Assembly: GCA_038521345.1 (NCBI GenBank)
Contig: JBCBKU010000013.1
Coordinates: 13,484-77,483 of the forward strand
DNA length: 64,000 bases
Source: Pseudomonadota bacterium
GTDB taxonomy: Bacteria > Pseudomonadota > Alphaproteobacteria > Rhodobacterales > Rhodobacteraceae
Direction: 5' to 3'
How positions within the stretch are numbered: the stretch's first letter is position 1; each line of letters opens with the position of its first letter. The notes beneath the pieces are model-generated. The model was not told where the DNA came from, ran no database searches, and saw only the letters and a program-made list of their open reading frames with translations. This document shows, piece after piece, positions 52,887 to 62,133 of the stretch. A program made the translations under genes and the position numbers.

Positions 52887-53789
52887 CTAGCGCGGCTTGC
52901 CGGGATAAAGCGGATGCGCGACGGGGTCCTTCGCCGCGAACAGGTGTTTCCGGAACACGTCGGCATAGGAGGCATAGCGATACCCGCCGTTGACGTTCAG
53001 ATAGCGGGCTCGGTCCGCCAGATATCGTCCCGGGAGCCGATACCACGGCTCTGCCGGATGCATGTGATGGACGACGTGGAAGTTGTTGTTCAGAAACAAG
53101 AGCGCCAACCAGCCCCGGTCTTCGATAATCACCGTTCTGCCTGGCACACGCTCGTGGGCCTGATGTTCAAGGAACGTGCGGATCTTGAGAAGCGCAATAC
53201 CCCCATAGATGGCAAGCCCATAGGCCCACCAGGGCATGCTACCGAAAACCACCAAAAACGTAACGACTGATCCAGCCTGTGGAATATGCCAAAGCCAGGC
53301 ATTCAGAACCTCGGGCGCACCTTCGCGGATGCGGCGCCAATCCTGTGCAAGAAATGCGACCTGGCTGACAGCGGGGCCGATGACCATGCGTCCCGCCAGC
53401 GTATTGTTCACCTGCAGGACTAGGCGCACCGGGGCCGGCAGTGTCGCCCAGACCACGGGATCAAGGTAGTTCGATTCCGGATCATCGTAGGGATCTGTCA
53501 GGTCGGAATCCCGATGATGCGCCATGTGCAGATCACGGAACCGTCCGAGCGGGATGACAAGCGTCAGAGTGGGAAAGACCAGCGCGGCGTTGGCGCGTGC
53601 ATCTCGGAAAGGATGGCCGTGGACAATTTCATGCGTCAATGAAGAGTGAAACGCGATAGCGAGGGCGGCAAGGCAGGTCGCCGGCAGGATCGCTGTTTCG
53701 GCAAGTCCGACAACCGCGCCGACCCACAATGTGTAACATGCTGCCAAGAGCCCGATCGTGGGCCACTCGGCATGGCGAAGCATCCCCAT
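52887..53789 (-). CDS. Membrane fatty-acid desaturase family protein
   Basis: Three His boxes: HEIVHGH, HMAHHRD, HVVHHMH. Confidence 0.8.
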   Translation of the reverse strand: MGMLRHAEWPTIGLLAACYTLWVGAVVGLAETAILPATCLAALAIAFHSSLTHEIVHGHPFRDARANAALVFPTLTLVIPLGRFRDLHMAHHRDSDLTDPYDDPESNYLDPVVWATLPAPVRLVLQVNNTLAGRMVIGPAVSQVAFLAQDWRRIREGAPEVLNAWLWHIPQAGSVVTFLVVFGSMPWWAYGLAIYGGIALLKIRTFLEHQAHERVPGRTVIIEDRGWLALLFLNNNFHVVHHMHPAEPWYRLPGRYLADRARYLNVNGGYRYASYADVFRKHLFAAKDPVAHPLYPGKPR

Positions 53790-53936
53790 GAATTCCCGCA
53801 GTTTTCTTGAGTGTAATCCGGAGATGATCCTGCCACTTGCGGTGTTGCGGCTCCATTTGGTATGTACGCAACATTTCCACCACAAGCTTGAATTTTCTCA
53901 ACACTCGTGACGAAAACCGACAAGAGAAGCCGAGCG

Positions 53937-54764
53937 ATGCTGTTTCGCGAGCGGCTGAGTGCCGCGATGGCGCTGCGAACTGCCAACCAAAGCGCCTTGG
54001 CCAGAGCTATCGGCGTTGATCGGTCGACCATCTCCCAATTGTTGGCCGGAGGAGCGACACGCCTACCGAATGCTCAGATCGTGGCCGAATGCGCAGCGGA
54101 ACTCGGCGTATCCGCCGACTGGCTTCTTGGCCTCTCGAACCGGCCCGAACAGGCCGATGCCCTTCTGGCCGCGTCCATCGAGATGTCGCCTGCCGAACGG
54201 GCCCACGTGGATGAACAGATCTATCATTGGCACCAAGAAGCGCAGGGCTATAAAATCCGCCATGTCCCCTCGAACCTGCCGGATCTATTGAAGACCGAGG
54301 ACTTCCTCCGCTGGGAGTACCGGATCCATCTCGGCCGAACATCGGACGAGGCAGTCGCCGCTGCCCATGACCGGCTCGACGTCTTACGGAGGTCCGGCAC
54401 GGACTACGAGGTGGCCATGCCGTTGTTCGAGCTGGCAAGTTTCATCGGACGGACCGGCTATTACGAAGGACTGCCGGAAGACGTACGCAATGAGCAAGTG
54501 GCGCGCATCAAGGACCTGCACGACCAGCTTTATCCTTCGTTGCGGGTCTTCGTTTTTGACGCACGAGAACTCTATTCGGCGCCCATCACCGTGTTCGGAC
54601 CACTGCTCGCCGTGATCTACCTCGGACAAAACTACATGTGCTTCCGCGACACCGAGCGCGTGACCGCATTGTCCCGGCATTTCGACCGGCTGGTCCGAGA
54701 GGCACGAATCTCAGCCCGCGACTTACCTGTCCATTTGGACGAGCTACTGGAAACCCTCGGCTAG
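53937..54764 (+). CDS. XRE-family HTH transcriptional regulator with an uncharacterised C-terminal domain
   Basis: MLFRERLSAAMALRTANQSALARAIGVDRSTISQLLAG HTH. An alternative GTG start lies at 53907. Confidence 0.7.
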   Translation: MLFRERLSAAMALRTANQSALARAIGVDRSTISQLLAGGATRLPNAQIVAECAAELGVSADWLLGLSNRPEQADALLAASIEMSPAERAHVDEQIYHWHQEAQGYKIRHVPSNLPDLLKTEDFLRWEYRIHLGRTSDEAVAAAHDRLDVLRRSGTDYEVAMPLFELASFIGRTGYYEGLPEDVRNEQVARIKDLHDQLYPSLRVFVFDARELYSAPITVFGPLLAVIYLGQNYMCFRDTERVTALSRHFDRLVREARISARDLPVHLDELLETLG

Positions 54765-55294
54765 AATTGCGGGACGATTTCCAGTCGCGATACGTCATAG
54801 CCGTTGAATGCAAGTATCTCGACCGCAGCTGCCCAGCGATCCTGCGGTATCACCGGATCGCGGTTCAGGATCCAACCCGCCCGGCCCGACGGCACCCCAA
54901 CAACGGCGGTACGGTACCCTTCGTCCACCCAAAGCACCCAATAAGGCGCGCGTACGAAAGGAACCGACGAAAAGCGCACCGAAAGCCGTCCGGGCCCGGT
55001 GACCTCGGCCGAGCCTTCGACGCGCCGCTCGGGGCCGTCGAGAGAACCTTCGCGACAGGTGTTCACTACACCGATCGACCCGTCGTCCTGCAGTGTGTAT
55101 TCCGCAACGGTTCCGACACAGCCCTCCTCGAAAGGGACCGGGAACCGCGCTATTTCGTACCACTGCCCGGCATAGCGTTCCGGATCAAACAACGCGATCG
55201 AGGAAATGGGGGCGTCGGTGTCGCGATAGACCTCGGTCGGGATCGCGGCGCAGCCAACAAGTGTCAGAAAAGCCGCAAAGATCAGTCGATGCAT
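54761..55294 (-). CDS. blc: Bacterial lipocalin (Blc-like outer-membrane lipoprotein)
   Basis: Lipobox LTLVGC and the signature RYAGQWYEIARFP. Confidence 0.8.
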   Translation of the reverse strand: MHRLIFAAFLTLVGCAAIPTEVYRDTDAPISSIALFDPERYAGQWYEIARFPVPFEEGCVGTVAEYTLQDDGSIGVVNTCREGSLDGPERRVEGSAEVTGPGRLSVRFSSVPFVRAPYWVLWVDEGYRTAVVGVPSGRAGWILNRDPVIPQDRWAAAVEILAFNGYDVSRLEIVPQF

Positions 55295-55632
55295 AGGCGC
55301 GCCGTGCCTCCGAGGGATGTAAGGATGTCGTGGCAGCCGAAAATCGGCGTGATGGGCGAGCAGGTGCGAGACCGTGCAAAGCATAGCCCGGTGCAATCGT
55401 TCTGACTGGAACAGGGCTGGTTTGCGTCAGGTGTCTCTCGGTAGCAGACGTTCGCCCCTGCGAGACTGCCGGTTCCCCAGCGCCCGCCCTCGGCCTCGCA
55501 CGCGGCCTGCGACCGTGTGGCCAAATCGGGGTCGAATGTCCCCGCCTTCAGATCAGTGGACGTCGTGTCCGTGCCTTCCACCGGAAGACAGGCCGCAAGC
55601 ACGAGGGTCAACAAGAGCAAGGCAATCCGCAT
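55282..55632 (-). CDS. Small Cys-rich lipoprotein (unknown function)
   Basis: MRIALLLLTLVLAAC lipobox, then eight further Cys in about 100 aa. Overlaps the blc start by 13 nt. Confidence 0.45.
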   Translation of the reverse strand: MRIALLLLTLVLAACLPVEGTDTTSTDLKAGTFDPDLATRSQAACEAEGGRWGTGSLAGANVCYRETPDANQPCSSQNDCTGLCFARSRTCSPITPIFGCHDILTSLGGTARLCID

Positions 55633-55664
55633 AGGCAGACCAAGACCTGCTTCATTTCCCTGGG

Positions 55665-56711
55665 TCAATAGGGCATCGGATGCGCCCGATGGGTCGCGCT
55701 GATCTCCGCCAAGACTTCGTCGGACAAGGTGACGTCTACGCCGCTCAGGATCTTCTCAAGTTGGTCCATGTTGGTCGCCCCGAAAATCGGGATGATCGGA
55801 AATGGCCGCGTGAGCGTCCAGGCCAAAGCCATGTGCACCGGATCGATTCCGTGGCGCGCGGCAATGTCGAGATAGGCGTCAATCGCCACAAAGGCCCGCT
55901 CGGTGGCACGTCCGCCCAGATCGCCGCCGCCAACGCCCATCCGAGAGTCCGACGGGATTGCGCCGCCCTGATACTTGCCGCTTAGCATTCCGCAAGCCAG
56001 GGGCGACCATGCCAGAAGCGTCACGTCTTCATTTGCCGACATCTCGGCCATGTCAGTGTCGTAGATCCGGAACATGAGCGAATACTCGTTCTGAACCGTC
56101 GCGACCCTTGGACCGCCGGTCTGCTCGGCCGCCCGAAGCCACTCCATCGTGCCCCAGGTGCTTTCGTTCGACAGACCCCACGCGCGTATCTTGCCTTCCG
56201 CCACGCAGTCTTTCAGAGTGGTGCTTATCTCGGCCAGATTGTCTCGGACCGCAGTCGGATCCTGTTTCGATGGGTCGAAATTCCAGTTCTGGCGGAACTG
56301 GAATGAGCCTCGGTCCGGCCAATGAAGCTGATAGAGGTCGATGTAATCCGTTTGTAGCCGCCGCAACGACCCCTCCAGCGCCTCGCGAACTGTGGCCCCC
56401 GTGACCGGTTGGCCCTGCCGAACGAAGCGTTCGTTGTAGCCCGAACACTTGGTGGCGATGACCCAATCCTTGCGGCGACCGGTTTTGGCGTTCCAGTTGC
56501 CGATGATTTCTTCCGTGCGGCCAACGGTTTCGGCACGAACCGGGTTCACTGGATACATCTCTGCGGTATCCATGAAGTCGATGCCAGCATCGAGCGCGCG
56601 GTCGATCTGCGCGTGGCCGTCGGCCTCGGCGGTCTGCACGCCCCAGGTCATTGTGCCAAGGCAGTATTCGGAAACGTCTATGCCGGTCCGGCCGAGCGGT
56701 CGCTTTTTCAT
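55665..56711 (-). CDS. Aldo/keto reductase (Tas/YajO-like NADP-dependent oxidoreductase)
   Basis: MKKRPLGRTGIDVSEYCLGTMTWG N-terminus, DTAEMY, 348 aa. Confidence 0.85.
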   Translation of the reverse strand: MKKRPLGRTGIDVSEYCLGTMTWGVQTAEADGHAQIDRALDAGIDFMDTAEMYPVNPVRAETVGRTEEIIGNWNAKTGRRKDWVIATKCSGYNERFVRQGQPVTGATVREALEGSLRRLQTDYIDLYQLHWPDRGSFQFRQNWNFDPSKQDPTAVRDNLAEISTTLKDCVAEGKIRAWGLSNESTWGTMEWLRAAEQTGGPRVATVQNEYSLMFRIYDTDMAEMSANEDVTLLAWSPLACGMLSGKYQGGAIPSDSRMGVGGGDLGGRATERAFVAIDAYLDIAARHGIDPVHMALAWTLTRPFPIIPIFGATNMDQLEKILSGVDVTLSDEVLAEISATHRAHPMPY

Positions 56712-56858
56712 GACGGGATGTCCTTCGGATGGAGTTGTCCCTTCCTAACCGCCTCGTGGCCGTCCGCAACCCCGAGCGTCCCGGCCCCAAGAACCCTAGC
56801 CGCAGCCACGGGCTGTCTGACGAAAAATGAGGCACAACCGACATCGCAGAAGACTTGA

Positions 56859-56873
56859 GAACATATCAAGAAC
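56859..56873. promoter_or_regulatory. Alphaproteobacterial LexA (SOS) box
   Basis: GAAC-ATATCAA-GAAC direct repeat (GAAC-N7-GAAC), 16 bp upstream of the imuA-like ATG. Confidence 0.65.
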
Positions 56874-56888
56874 ATTTATACTCGATCC

Positions 56889-57563
56889 ATGCATGCCGCA
56901 CCGAACACACCCGCCCATCTCTTGACCCGCGGATTGTCCCGCCGCCCGGATCCCGCGGGGCAGCGGTTTCTGGGGGAGCTGACGTTGGCGCGCGCGCGAG
57001 TACACGAAATCTGCGGCGGCGCACGTCGGACGTTGGCGCTTGCTCTGGCTGCCGAGATGGACGGGCCGGTCTTCTGGATTGCTCCGGCATGGGCACCGGA
57101 ACGCCTGAACCCCACCACCGCGCTCCACTTCATTGATCCTGGAAGACTGATCTTCCTGCGCCCGAAACGGGCCGAGGATCTGCTCTGGACGATGGAGGAA
57201 TGCCTGCGGTCAGGTACCGTCCCCCTTGTGATTGCGGATATTCCCGGACTGCCGCGCCTGACCCCCGTCCGCCGCCTGCACCTGGCGGCCGAAACAGGGG
57301 CTACCGAGGGCAGCGTTCATCCGCTCGGGGTGCTTCTGACGCCCGGAGATGGTGGGGCCGAAGGTGTGGAAAGCCGCTGGCACCTTGCCTTCGCCCATGA
57401 GGGCGACCGCGCCATGGGCTGGCGGCTTGAACGCCGCCGGGCACGGGCCGCACCGCCGGCGGCCTGGTCCGTACGGCCGGGCGCTCGGACACCGCTTGCG
57501 CTTGGCGGGCGGCTTGGCGCCGCCAGCACAGCGGATAACCCAAGCGTAACCTCTGCGGGGTAG
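56889..57563 (+). CDS. imuA: ImuA-like SOS mutagenesis cassette protein (RecA-fold, inactive)
   Basis: Pattern VHEICGG...LALALAAEMDGPVFWIAP...DPGRLIFLRP..AEDLLWTMEECLRSG..PLVIADI....VRRLHLAAETG matches ImuA. Preceded by a LexA box. Confidence 0.6.
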   Translation: MHAAPNTPAHLLTRGLSRRPDPAGQRFLGELTLARARVHEICGGARRTLALALAAEMDGPVFWIAPAWAPERLNPTTALHFIDPGRLIFLRPKRAEDLLWTMEECLRSGTVPLVIADIPGLPRLTPVRRLHLAAETGATEGSVHPLGVLLTPGDGGAEGVESRWHLAFAHEGDRAMGWRLERRRARAAPPAAWSVRPGARTPLALGGRLGAASTADNPSVTSAG

Positions 57564-57616
57564 TGACCGGCCCACACATCTGCCGCAAAGCGGTCGTCGC
57601 CAAAAGGTGACACTCA

Positions 57617-57635
57617 ACGGGGGAAAATCCCCCGT
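57617..57635 (+). terminator. Hairpin downstream of imuA (weak terminator candidate)
   Basis: ACGGGGG-aaaat-CCCCCGT, a 7-bp GC stem with no U-tract. Confidence 0.3.
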
Positions 57636-57733
57636 CCCTGAAAAGGTCTAGATCAGACGCTACTGCGACCTGACACTGTCCTTTAACGGGTAACGTGTGT
57701 TTCCGAGTTCGAAGAGTCCAAGGGGGGACTTCG

Positions 57734-58795
57734 ATGACCACGATCCGGCGGATACTCTCCGCCATGGCGCTTTCGGCGTCAGTATTTTCTGTTGCGCTGC
57801 CTCTGCCGGCACACGCAACCGGGCCACACCACGGCGCCAATCAGGCGCCCTCCACACCGCTGCCAGGACGGGCGATTGCACAAATCGACCAGGCATGGTC
57901 CAGCTGGACACGCAATCACAACGTGCGCGCCAGCGCTATCGCAGTGGGTTATGACGGGGAACTGGTCTATTCTGCGGGCCGCCGCCGCGACCCGGCCACA
58001 CCCTACCCCGTCGCATCACTCTCCAAGGCCATTACAGCGGTCTGCACCGAGGCCGTCCTGGCCGAAATCGGTCATACCTTCGACGTCACGCTAGGGGACC
58101 TCGCCGAGTATCTTGCCCCACATCTCGCGATCCCGTCCCATGTCCGCAACTTGCGGGTCAGCGACCTGATCGCCCAGCGATCGGGGCTTGCCACCGACCC
58201 GACACAGGTCGCATTCGACCGGCACTTGTATGATCGCGCGCCGCAACACCGGATCCACGCGGCGCAAGCCATCGCCCCGACGCGCGCCAAAGGGACACGC
58301 GGCGCCTACGCATACAACAACGCCAACTACGCCGTGCTGGGCACACTGATCGAAGCCGTTTCCGGCCAGACCTATGCCGATGCTTGCCAGGCTCGTGTAC
58401 TTGATCCCTCCGGCGTCCGTTCGGGCCATCTGAGCCGCGATTGGCAAGCGCTGTCCGGCGCGGCGGGCTGGGCGCTCTCGGCCGAGGATTACCTGCGCTT
58501 CGCGATGGCCGCTTTCTCTCCGCGCACCACCCGGGGTGCTCGCCCCTTCGCCCTGCCAAACGCGTCGATCGGCGACGGCGCGTATTACGGCATGGGCTTG
58601 GTGTTTCGCAAAGAAGCGCAGGGCACAACGTTCTGGCACAACGGCAAGCTCTGCGTGAACCGTGCCGGACACGATGCCGGTGCATACCTGATCAAACGTG
58701 GCCCTTGGACGATCGTTGTGAACTATGCCTTCTGCCCACGCCGGGGCGAGGATTGGGCCCTTGACCGGGCACTTTGGCCCATCATTGCACGTTGA
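57734..58795 (+). CDS. Secreted serine hydrolase, beta-lactamase/PBP (class C-like) family
   Basis: ATG at 57734 has an AGGGGGGA RBS. Signal peptide, an SxxK motif (SLSKAIT) and a YxN motif (YAYNN). Confidence 0.75.
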   Translation: MTTIRRILSAMALSASVFSVALPLPAHATGPHHGANQAPSTPLPGRAIAQIDQAWSSWTRNHNVRASAIAVGYDGELVYSAGRRRDPATPYPVASLSKAITAVCTEAVLAEIGHTFDVTLGDLAEYLAPHLAIPSHVRNLRVSDLIAQRSGLATDPTQVAFDRHLYDRAPQHRIHAAQAIAPTRAKGTRGAYAYNNANYAVLGTLIEAVSGQTYADACQARVLDPSGVRSGHLSRDWQALSGAAGWALSAEDYLRFAMAAFSPRTTRGARPFALPNASIGDGAYYGMGLVFRKEAQGTTFWHNGKLCVNRAGHDAGAYLIKRGPWTIVVNYAFCPRRGEDWALDRALWPIIAR

Positions 58796-59702
58796 TCTCG
58801 CCGCGCTGCAAAGTCAGCGGAATCGTTCGTGCAAGACGAAGAAGATGGGCCATGAACGGCTTCGACGTGTCGGCCGACCGGGTGGCTGCAAAAAGTCGTC
58901 GGGTGATGCCGGTCTCGGTCAACGGGCGGGTGATGTAATCCGAACTTAACCGGACTTCGCGAACCACCCAATCGGGCAGCACGGCCACCCCGCGGCCAGA
59001 GGCCACCAGCAACAGGATCACCGCCGTCAGTTCCGCCTGCCGGACGGCCGCAGGCTCGATCTTCGCCGGGATCAAAAGCTGGCTGAACACGTCTAGTCGC
59101 CCACGCTCAACCGGATATGTGATCAGGGTCTCTCCGCGAAAATCCTCGGCCGTAACCCAGGGTTTGGCCGCCAAAGGATGGTCAGCCGCAGCTACAAAGA
59201 CGGGTTCGTAGTCGAACAGTGCGGTGAAATCGACGCCCGTGAGCGTCTCAGGGTCGGAAGAAACAACAAGATCAACCTCTTCTCGTTCCAGTGCGGGAAG
59301 CGCGTCAAAGGCGAGCCCTGGTCGAATGTCGATATCCACATCCGGCCATGCCGAGCGGAACGCATCAAGGACTGGAAACAGCCATTCGAAGCAGGCATGG
59401 CACTCGATGGCGATGTGAAGGCGCCCCGTCTTGCCACGCCGCAATCCGTCGAACTCGTCCTCAAGCGCTGCAATCTCTGGCAGGATGCGCTCGGCCGCGC
59501 GCAGGAGCCGCATTCCCGCCGCCGACAGTTTCAAGGGCTTCGAACGCCGCACGAACAACTCGACGCCCGCCTGCGCCTCGATCCCCTTGATCTGATGGCT
59601 AAGCGCTGACTGGGTGATGTTCAGCTGGTCAGCCGCGCGGGCAAGTCCGCCCGAGGCATGGATCGCCTGAATCGTCCGCAAATGGCGCAGCTCAATATGC
59701 AT
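58782..59702 (-). CDS. metR: LysR-family regulator, MetR-like
   Basis: HTH LARAADQLNITQSALSHQIK and the MetR-typical LHIAIECHACFEWL. Divergent from metF. Confidence 0.75.
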   Translation of the reverse strand: MHIELRHLRTIQAIHASGGLARAADQLNITQSALSHQIKGIEAQAGVELFVRRSKPLKLSAAGMRLLRAAERILPEIAALEDEFDGLRRGKTGRLHIAIECHACFEWLFPVLDAFRSAWPDVDIDIRPGLAFDALPALEREEVDLVVSSDPETLTGVDFTALFDYEPVFVAAADHPLAAKPWVTAEDFRGETLITYPVERGRLDVFSQLLIPAKIEPAAVRQAELTAVILLLVASGRGVAVLPDWVVREVRLSSDYITRPLTETGITRRLFAATRSADTSKPFMAHLLRLARTIPLTLQRGEINVQ

Positions 59703-59728
59703 CTGACTTCATTATAATCCTGAGGAAG

Positions 59729-59743
59729 ATGAGTTTGTCTCAT
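59729..59743. promoter_or_regulatory. Candidate MetR/LysR operator in the metR-metF intergenic region
   Basis: Palindrome ATGAG-TTTGT-CTCAT (TGAx-N5-xTCA resembles the MetR box TGAA-N5-TTCA). Confidence 0.4.
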
Positions 59744-59794
59744 AACCCAGACCATGGGACAAGCCCAGCATCCCAACTGCCGCCCGAGGTCCCG

Positions 59795-60661
59795 ATGTCC
59801 CGTCCCACCCTGTCATTCGAGTTCTTCCCTCCGAAGTCGCTCGAGGCATCGTTCCGCCTCTGGGACACGCTACACACACTGGCCCCCCTTGCGCCGTCGT
59901 TCGTATCGGTCACTTACGGCGCCGGCGGCACGACCCGGGACATCACCCATGAAGCCGTGACGACGATCACCTCGCACACCGGCCTTCGCGTCGCTGCGCA
60001 TCTTACCTGCGTCGACGCAACGAAGGCCGAGACGCTCGAGATCGCGCACCGTTATGCCGAAGCGGGGATCACCGATATTGTTGCTCTCCGCGGTGACCCT
60101 CCGGGCGGGACGGGCCCGTTCGCACCCCATCCGGACGGTTTCGCCGACAGCGTTGAATTGATCGCCGCCCTGGCCGAGACCGGCCGTTTCCGCATCCATG
60201 TGGGCGCCTATCCCGACCCGCATCCCGAAGCCACAAATGCGGCACAAGGCGTCGATTGGCTGAAACGCAAGATTGACGCGGGCGCGACGGGCGCCATCAC
60301 GCAGTTTTTTTTCGAAGCCGACACCTTTTTTCGGTTCCGCGATGCGGCCGCGGCGGCGGGAATCGATGCGCCGATCCTGCCGGGCATCCTGCCGATAGAA
60401 TCGTGGGCCGGGACCCGCCGCTTCGCGATCCGGACCGGCGTGCCAATCCCGTCATGGCTCGACCGCGCGTTCGAGGCGGCGACCCGCGACGGCCGCGAGG
60501 ACCTGCTGGCCACGGCCATTGCAACCGAGTTGTGCTCGACCCTTCTCGACGGCGGTGTCCCTCATCTTCACTTTTACACGCTGAACCGCCCCGACCTGAC
60601 GCGTGACGTGGCCCATGCCCTGGGTCTTGCACCGGACCCGGCCCTGCAAGACGTCGCCTGA
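59795..60661 (+). CDS. metF: 5,10-methylenetetrahydrofolate reductase
   Basis: MSRPTLSFEFFPPKS...VTYGAGG...HLTC...ALRGDPP MetF motifs. The ATG at 59795 has a GAGG RBS. The ORF-track start at 59729 falls inside the operator palindrome. Confidence 0.85.
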   Translation: MSRPTLSFEFFPPKSLEASFRLWDTLHTLAPLAPSFVSVTYGAGGTTRDITHEAVTTITSHTGLRVAAHLTCVDATKAETLEIAHRYAEAGITDIVALRGDPPGGTGPFAPHPDGFADSVELIAALAETGRFRIHVGAYPDPHPEATNAAQGVDWLKRKIDAGATGAITQFFFEADTFFRFRDAAAAAGIDAPILPGILPIESWAGTRRFAIRTGVPIPSWLDRAFEAATRDGREDLLATAIATELCSTLLDGGVPHLHFYTLNRPDLTRDVAHALGLAPDPALQDVA

Positions 60662-60671
60662 GCCATTGCGG

Positions 60672-61763
60672 TCACCCGGGCCGTCGCGCCCCGGGCATTG
60701 CAGCCATCAAGGTGGCAACACGCGCGCGTATTCCCTGCCGGACAATACGCTCTGCGGTTGGATGCAAGCGCTCGGTCGGGTCGCGCCCCACAACACGCCG
60801 GCTGCGCAGCAGAAAAAGCTTTCCCCAACGCTTGTAAGTGGACACCGATGGCGCCGTCACATCGGTTGGAAACCGGGCCCGCCACCCATTGGGCAGAGTA
60901 AGACCGCAGGCCTCGGCCCTGCCCAGCATCCAGACAAGCGGAATGTTCGACAGAGGACGTGAGTCCAGATCGCCGTTCAGCTGACCCCCGATATCGCCGT
61001 GGTTGCCGCGAAACCAGACCTGCTCTACATGACCGGCCCAGCCGGGATCGCATTGCCAAAGCACGGGTTTGAACGCATCCCGCGTTTCATCAAGGGCGAG
61101 GGCATGGAACCCGTGCTTGACCGAAGCTCCGAGTGCTGGCGAGTGGAACCGCGTTCGACGCTCGCGCAGATGCCAGACCAATGGCAAACGCAAGCTCAGT
61201 GCCTTTACGGTATCCCAGACACCCACCATCTCGATCGGTGCAGCCGCATGACAAAAAAGCGTGCGAAACCGTGCCGCGGCCGGGCTGTCTCCGCCCCGTT
61301 CATAGTGCCGCCACGCTACACGCACCGCGCGTTCGGTGGCATGTTCGCGGCGCAGCAGACCCACCTGATCAATCACGCCGGCCAACGAACGCACCGCGAA
61401 GGCACCTCTTGAATACCCAAAAAGGAAGATCCGGTCGCCCTGGCGGTAGCGGGATGCAAGCACACCGTACATCCGGCGGATTTGCCTGTTGATGCCCCGC
61501 CCCTCGATCACGTCCATCGTCGTGCGCCAGCTTTGCCATTGAACGCCTGCCTCGTAACGGACCGAGACCCGCGCCGACGGCGCGGTTTCTGAGACAAGCT
61601 TGTAGAGAAGTCCGGCGTTGGTCTCGCGCCCTTCGCGGAGGGACGACATCGTGCCGTCCAGAATGACCACATGGGTTACCGGCCCACGCGTTGGGGCAGG
61701 CAAGGTCTGTTCGGACCTGCCGAACCGGGACAGGAATCCGCGAAGCACCGCCCCCAGCCGCAT
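60672..61763 (-). CDS. DUF2235-family alpha/beta hydrolase (Tle1-like phospholipase fold)
   Basis: VVILDGT N-terminal strand and the nucleophile elbow LFGYSRGAFAVR (GxSxG), 363 aa. Confidence 0.7.
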   Translation of the reverse strand: MRLGAVLRGFLSRFGRSEQTLPAPTRGPVTHVVILDGTMSSLREGRETNAGLLYKLVSETAPSARVSVRYEAGVQWQSWRTTMDVIEGRGINRQIRRMYGVLASRYRQGDRIFLFGYSRGAFAVRSLAGVIDQVGLLRREHATERAVRVAWRHYERGGDSPAAARFRTLFCHAAAPIEMVGVWDTVKALSLRLPLVWHLRERRTRFHSPALGASVKHGFHALALDETRDAFKPVLWQCDPGWAGHVEQVWFRGNHGDIGGQLNGDLDSRPLSNIPLVWMLGRAEACGLTLPNGWRARFPTDVTAPSVSTYKRWGKLFLLRSRRVVGRDPTERLHPTAERIVRQGIRARVATLMAAMPGARRPG

Positions 61764-62133
61764 CAGGCCTTCCCCCCGAAGCGATCGGGAACCCGCGGGA
61801 TATGTCGCGACATGACCATACTCATTACCTTGGGACGAAGCCCATCACACGCAAACCAAAGGACCGTGAAAGGTCTGACACAAAGGCTTGCGGCAAGAAG
61901 GCCCCCAGTCCAGTGAATTCGGGGGATTGCCCCCGCGGCGGCCTCATTGCCGACGCTTTCCCGGTCTTCATCGGAAACAATGCGCGCCGCGTCAGTGAAC
62001 CGTTCGCGGAGCGCCAGTTGCGCGCAACGGTTTGCTGCGCCCGGGCCTAGCTGCTGAACCCGCACAATTGGACCCTGTTCACCCGGGCCGATCCGCGCGA
62101 GACTGACGCCCGAGCAAAGTTCGGAGAGCGCCC

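Noticed and set aside
61763-62065. 100-codon minus-strand ORF ending with a TGATG overlap onto the DUF2235 start.
   Set aside because: Third-position GC is roughly 60-65% by my count, clearly below neighbouring genes. It has no recognisable motif and a low-GC central part, so it is not listed as a CDS. It is mentioned in a finding because of the coupling-like junction.
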